In this document: positions 48,662 through 51,000 of the stretch, piece after piece
Position numbering within the stretch: the first letter of the stretch is position 1
How the letters are laid out: each line of letters begins with the position of its first letter
Assembly (NCBI GenBank): GCA_022774105.1
Contig: JALFNY010000012.1
Span: 1-51,000 of the forward strand
Direction: 5' to 3'
DNA length: 51,000 bases
Source of the DNA: Prevotella sp.
Lineage (GTDB): Bacteria > Bacteroidota > Bacteroidia > Bacteroidales > Bacteroidaceae
Notes under the pieces: generated by a model
Told to the model about the DNA's origin: nothing
Database searches by the model: none
The model's input: the letters and a program-made list of their open reading frames with translations, nothing else
Made by a program: the position numbers and the translations under genes

Positions 48662-48669
48662 TACTTTTG
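48662..48669 (+). promoter_or_regulatory. -7 promoter element for topA
   Basis: TACTTTTG 33 nt upstream of the ATG. Confidence 0.6.
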
Positions 48670-48702
48670 CAACCAAATTGAGAATCAACCTATTTACACA
48701 GT

Positions 48703-51000
48703 ATGCAAGACAACTTAGTTATCGTAGAGAGCCCGGCAAAGGCCAAGACCATAGAGAAATTCCTTGGCAAGGACTTCAAGGTGATGTCAAGTTACGGCCA
48801 TATCCGCGACTTGAAGAAGAAGGAGATAAGCATCAACATGGACACGCTGGAGCCCGAATACGAGATACCAGAGGAGAAACGTAAGTTGGTGTCAGAACTG
48901 AAAAGCACCGCCAAGAAGGCCAAGAAGATATGGCTTGCTTCCGATGAAGACCGCGAGGGAGAGGCTATCTCGTGGCACCTGTGTGAGGTGCTGGGGCTTG
49001 ACGAGCGTAACACCAGCCGCATAGTGTTCCACGAAATAACGAAGAACGCCATACTAAAAGCCATCGAGACACCGCGACATCTTGACATGAACCTCGCCAA
49101 TGCACAACAGGCACGGCGTATGCTTGACCGCCTTGTGGGCTTCAACCTCTCGCCCGTGCTGTGGCGTAAGGTTAAACCCTCACTCTCGGCAGGACGTGTG
49201 CAGTCGGTGGCAGTGAGGCTGATAGTAGAGAGAGAGCGTGAGATACAGGCTTTCACGGCAGAGCCTTACTTCCGTGTGACGGCCGTCTTCTCCACCGCCG
49301 GTGCCGACATCAAGGCGGAGTTAAACCGCCGTTACGCCACGCATGAGGAGGCATTGGCCTTCCTTGAGAGGTGTAAGGAGGCGCAGTTCACCATCAGCAG
49401 CATACAGAAACGCCCCCTGAAACGCACTCCGGCACCACCGTTCACCACCTCAACACTGCAACAGGAAGCAGCAAGAAAACTCGGGTTCACCGTGTCGCAG
49501 ACCATGATGGTGGCGCAAAGACTATATGAAAACGGTTACATAACATATATGCGTACCGACTCTGTCAACCTCTCCACCCTCTGCATCGGCACGGCAAAGG
49601 AGGCGGTGACATCACTCTACGGCGAGAGATACAGCAAGTCACGCAACTACACCACCCACTCCAAAGGCGCACAGGAGGCTCACGAAGCCATCAGACCCAC
49701 ATACATGGACCGTCAGGAGGTGGAGGGCACACCGCAGGAGCGTCGCCTCTACGAACTGATATGGAAGCGCACAGTTGCCACACAGATGGCAGACGCAGAA
49801 CTGGAGAAGACCGTTGTAGAGGTAAAGGTAAACGGCTGCGAGGAGATGTTCGTGGCAACAGGTGAGGTAATAACCTTTGACGGCTTCCTGAAAGTATATC
49901 GTGAGAGCGACGGCGACAACGACACCAGCGCAGAGAAAGACGAGGACAGCACGCTGATGCCTGCCACGCTGCAAGAGGGAGACACCCTGCAACGCAAGGA
50001 GATAACCGCCATGGAACGCTACTCACAAGGTCCGCTGAGATACACCGAGGCCTCATTGGTACACAAGATGGAAGAACTCGGCATAGGCCGCCCGTCAACC
50101 TACGCCCCTACCATATCCACCATACAGCAGCGAGAATATGTTGTGAAGGGCGACAAGAAGGGCGAGGAGCGCACATACACCATTGACACACTCTCTGACA
50201 ACACCATCACCACAATACAAAAGACCGAGATGGCAGGCAGCGAAAAAGGCAAACTGCTGCCAACAGACATAGGAACCGTTGTCAATGACTTCCTCATGGA
50301 ATACTTCCCCGGCATCATGGATTACAACTTCACGGCCAACGTAGAGAAGAAATTTGACGCCATAGCCGACGGAAAAGAAGACTGGCACAAGATGCTCCGC
50401 GACTTCTACAAAGGCTTCGAGCCAACCGTTGAGAAGACCATCAAGGCGAGAAGCGAACACAAGGCCGGCGAACGCATACTGGGACAAGAGCCCAGCAGCG
50501 GCAAGCCCGTGTCAGTAAAGATAGGCCGTTACGGCCCCGTGGTGCAGATAGGCACCGCCGACGACAAAGACAAGCCACGCTTCGCACAACTGCCGAAAGA
50601 ACTCTCCATAGAGACAATAACACTGGACGAAGCACTGGAACTGTTCCGCCTGCCCCGCACAGCAGGACAGTACGAAGGCACAGACGTGGTAATCGGCGCA
50701 GGACGCTTCGGCCCATACGTGCTGCATAACAAGAAATACGTCTCCATACCAAAAGACAAAGACCCCCTCACCATCACCCTCGAAGAAGCCGTGGCACTGA
50801 TAAGCGAGAGCCGTAAGATAGAACAAAAACGCCACATCAAAGCCTTTGAAGAAGACCCGAAGATAGAGGTTATGAACGGACGCTACGGCCCTTACATCGT
50901 CTATGACGGCAAAAACTACCGCCTGCCCAAGGCACTGCACGAGAAAGCAGCAACACTCACCTACGAGCAGTGCATGGAAATAGTAAAAGGCAAGGAGTGA
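48703..51000 (+). CDS. topA: DNA topoisomerase I (type IA), complete; TGA stop at the window edge
   Basis: LVIVESPAKAKTI, ASDEDREGE (TOPRIM), SAGRVQ, GYITYMRTD (catalytic Tyr), GIGRPSTYA; C-terminal GRYGP/GRFGP repeats instead of zinc ribbons. Confidence 0.98.
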   Translation: MQDNLVIVESPAKAKTIEKFLGKDFKVMSSYGHIRDLKKKEISINMDTLEPEYEIPEEKRKLVSELKSTAKKAKKIWLASDEDREGEAISWHLCEVLGLDERNTSRIVFHEITKNAILKAIETPRHLDMNLANAQQARRMLDRLVGFNLSPVLWRKVKPSLSAGRVQSVAVRLIVEREREIQAFTAEPYFRVTAVFSTAGADIKAELNRRYATHEEALAFLERCKEAQFTISSIQKRPLKRTPAPPFTTSTLQQEAARKLGFTVSQTMMVAQRLYENGYITYMRTDSVNLSTLCIGTAKEAVTSLYGERYSKSRNYTTHSKGAQEAHEAIRPTYMDRQEVEGTPQERRLYELIWKRTVATQMADAELEKTVVEVKVNGCEEMFVATGEVITFDGFLKVYRESDGDNDTSAEKDEDSTLMPATLQEGDTLQRKEITAMERYSQGPLRYTEASLVHKMEELGIGRPSTYAPTISTIQQREYVVKGDKKGEERTYTIDTLSDNTITTIQKTEMAGSEKGKLLPTDIGTVVNDFLMEYFPGIMDYNFTANVEKKFDAIADGKEDWHKMLRDFYKGFEPTVEKTIKARSEHKAGERILGQEPSSGKPVSVKIGRYGPVVQIGTADDKDKPRFAQLPKELSIETITLDEALELFRLPRTAGQYEGTDVVIGAGRFGPYVLHNKKYVSIPKDKDPLTITLEEAVALISESRKIEQKRHIKAFEEDPKIEVMNGRYGPYIVYDGKNYRLPKALHEKAATLTYEQCMEIVKGKE

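Overview
Chromosomal segment of a Bacteroidales genome (Prevotella-like, judged from TAnnTTTG promoters, SusC/SusD genes, T9SS-type C-termini and gene content). Left arm, mostly minus strand: S8 peptidase, polA, ispB, deoC, uvrC, mnmG, with two parS sites between uvrC and mnmG suggesting origin proximity. Right arm, plus strand: sdhCAB/frdCAB interrupted by a decayed four-helix-bundle gene, a tandem pair of periplasmic-binding-domain histidine kinases (the first lacks its catalytic His), a MaoC dehydratase, a GH43, a feoA-feoB fusion with a small Cys-rich partner ORF, a truncated susC 5' stub, a ~20 kb tandem SusC/SusD module with three fasciclin-type lipoproteins and a secreted beta-helix protein, and a complete topA. 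The least explained signal is non-coding: (i) inverted 7-bp tandem-repeat arms that either enclose the four-helix-bundle gene or are empty, (ii) a dispersed family of ~22-bp-period arrays in at least seven intergenic regions, (iii) 8-bp repeats that have also entered mnmG in frame, (iv) REP-like hairpins, and (v) patchy loss of T from sense strands. No rRNA, tRNA, CRISPR, transposase or recombinase was recognised. All family calls are from motif reading and recollection, not database searches.
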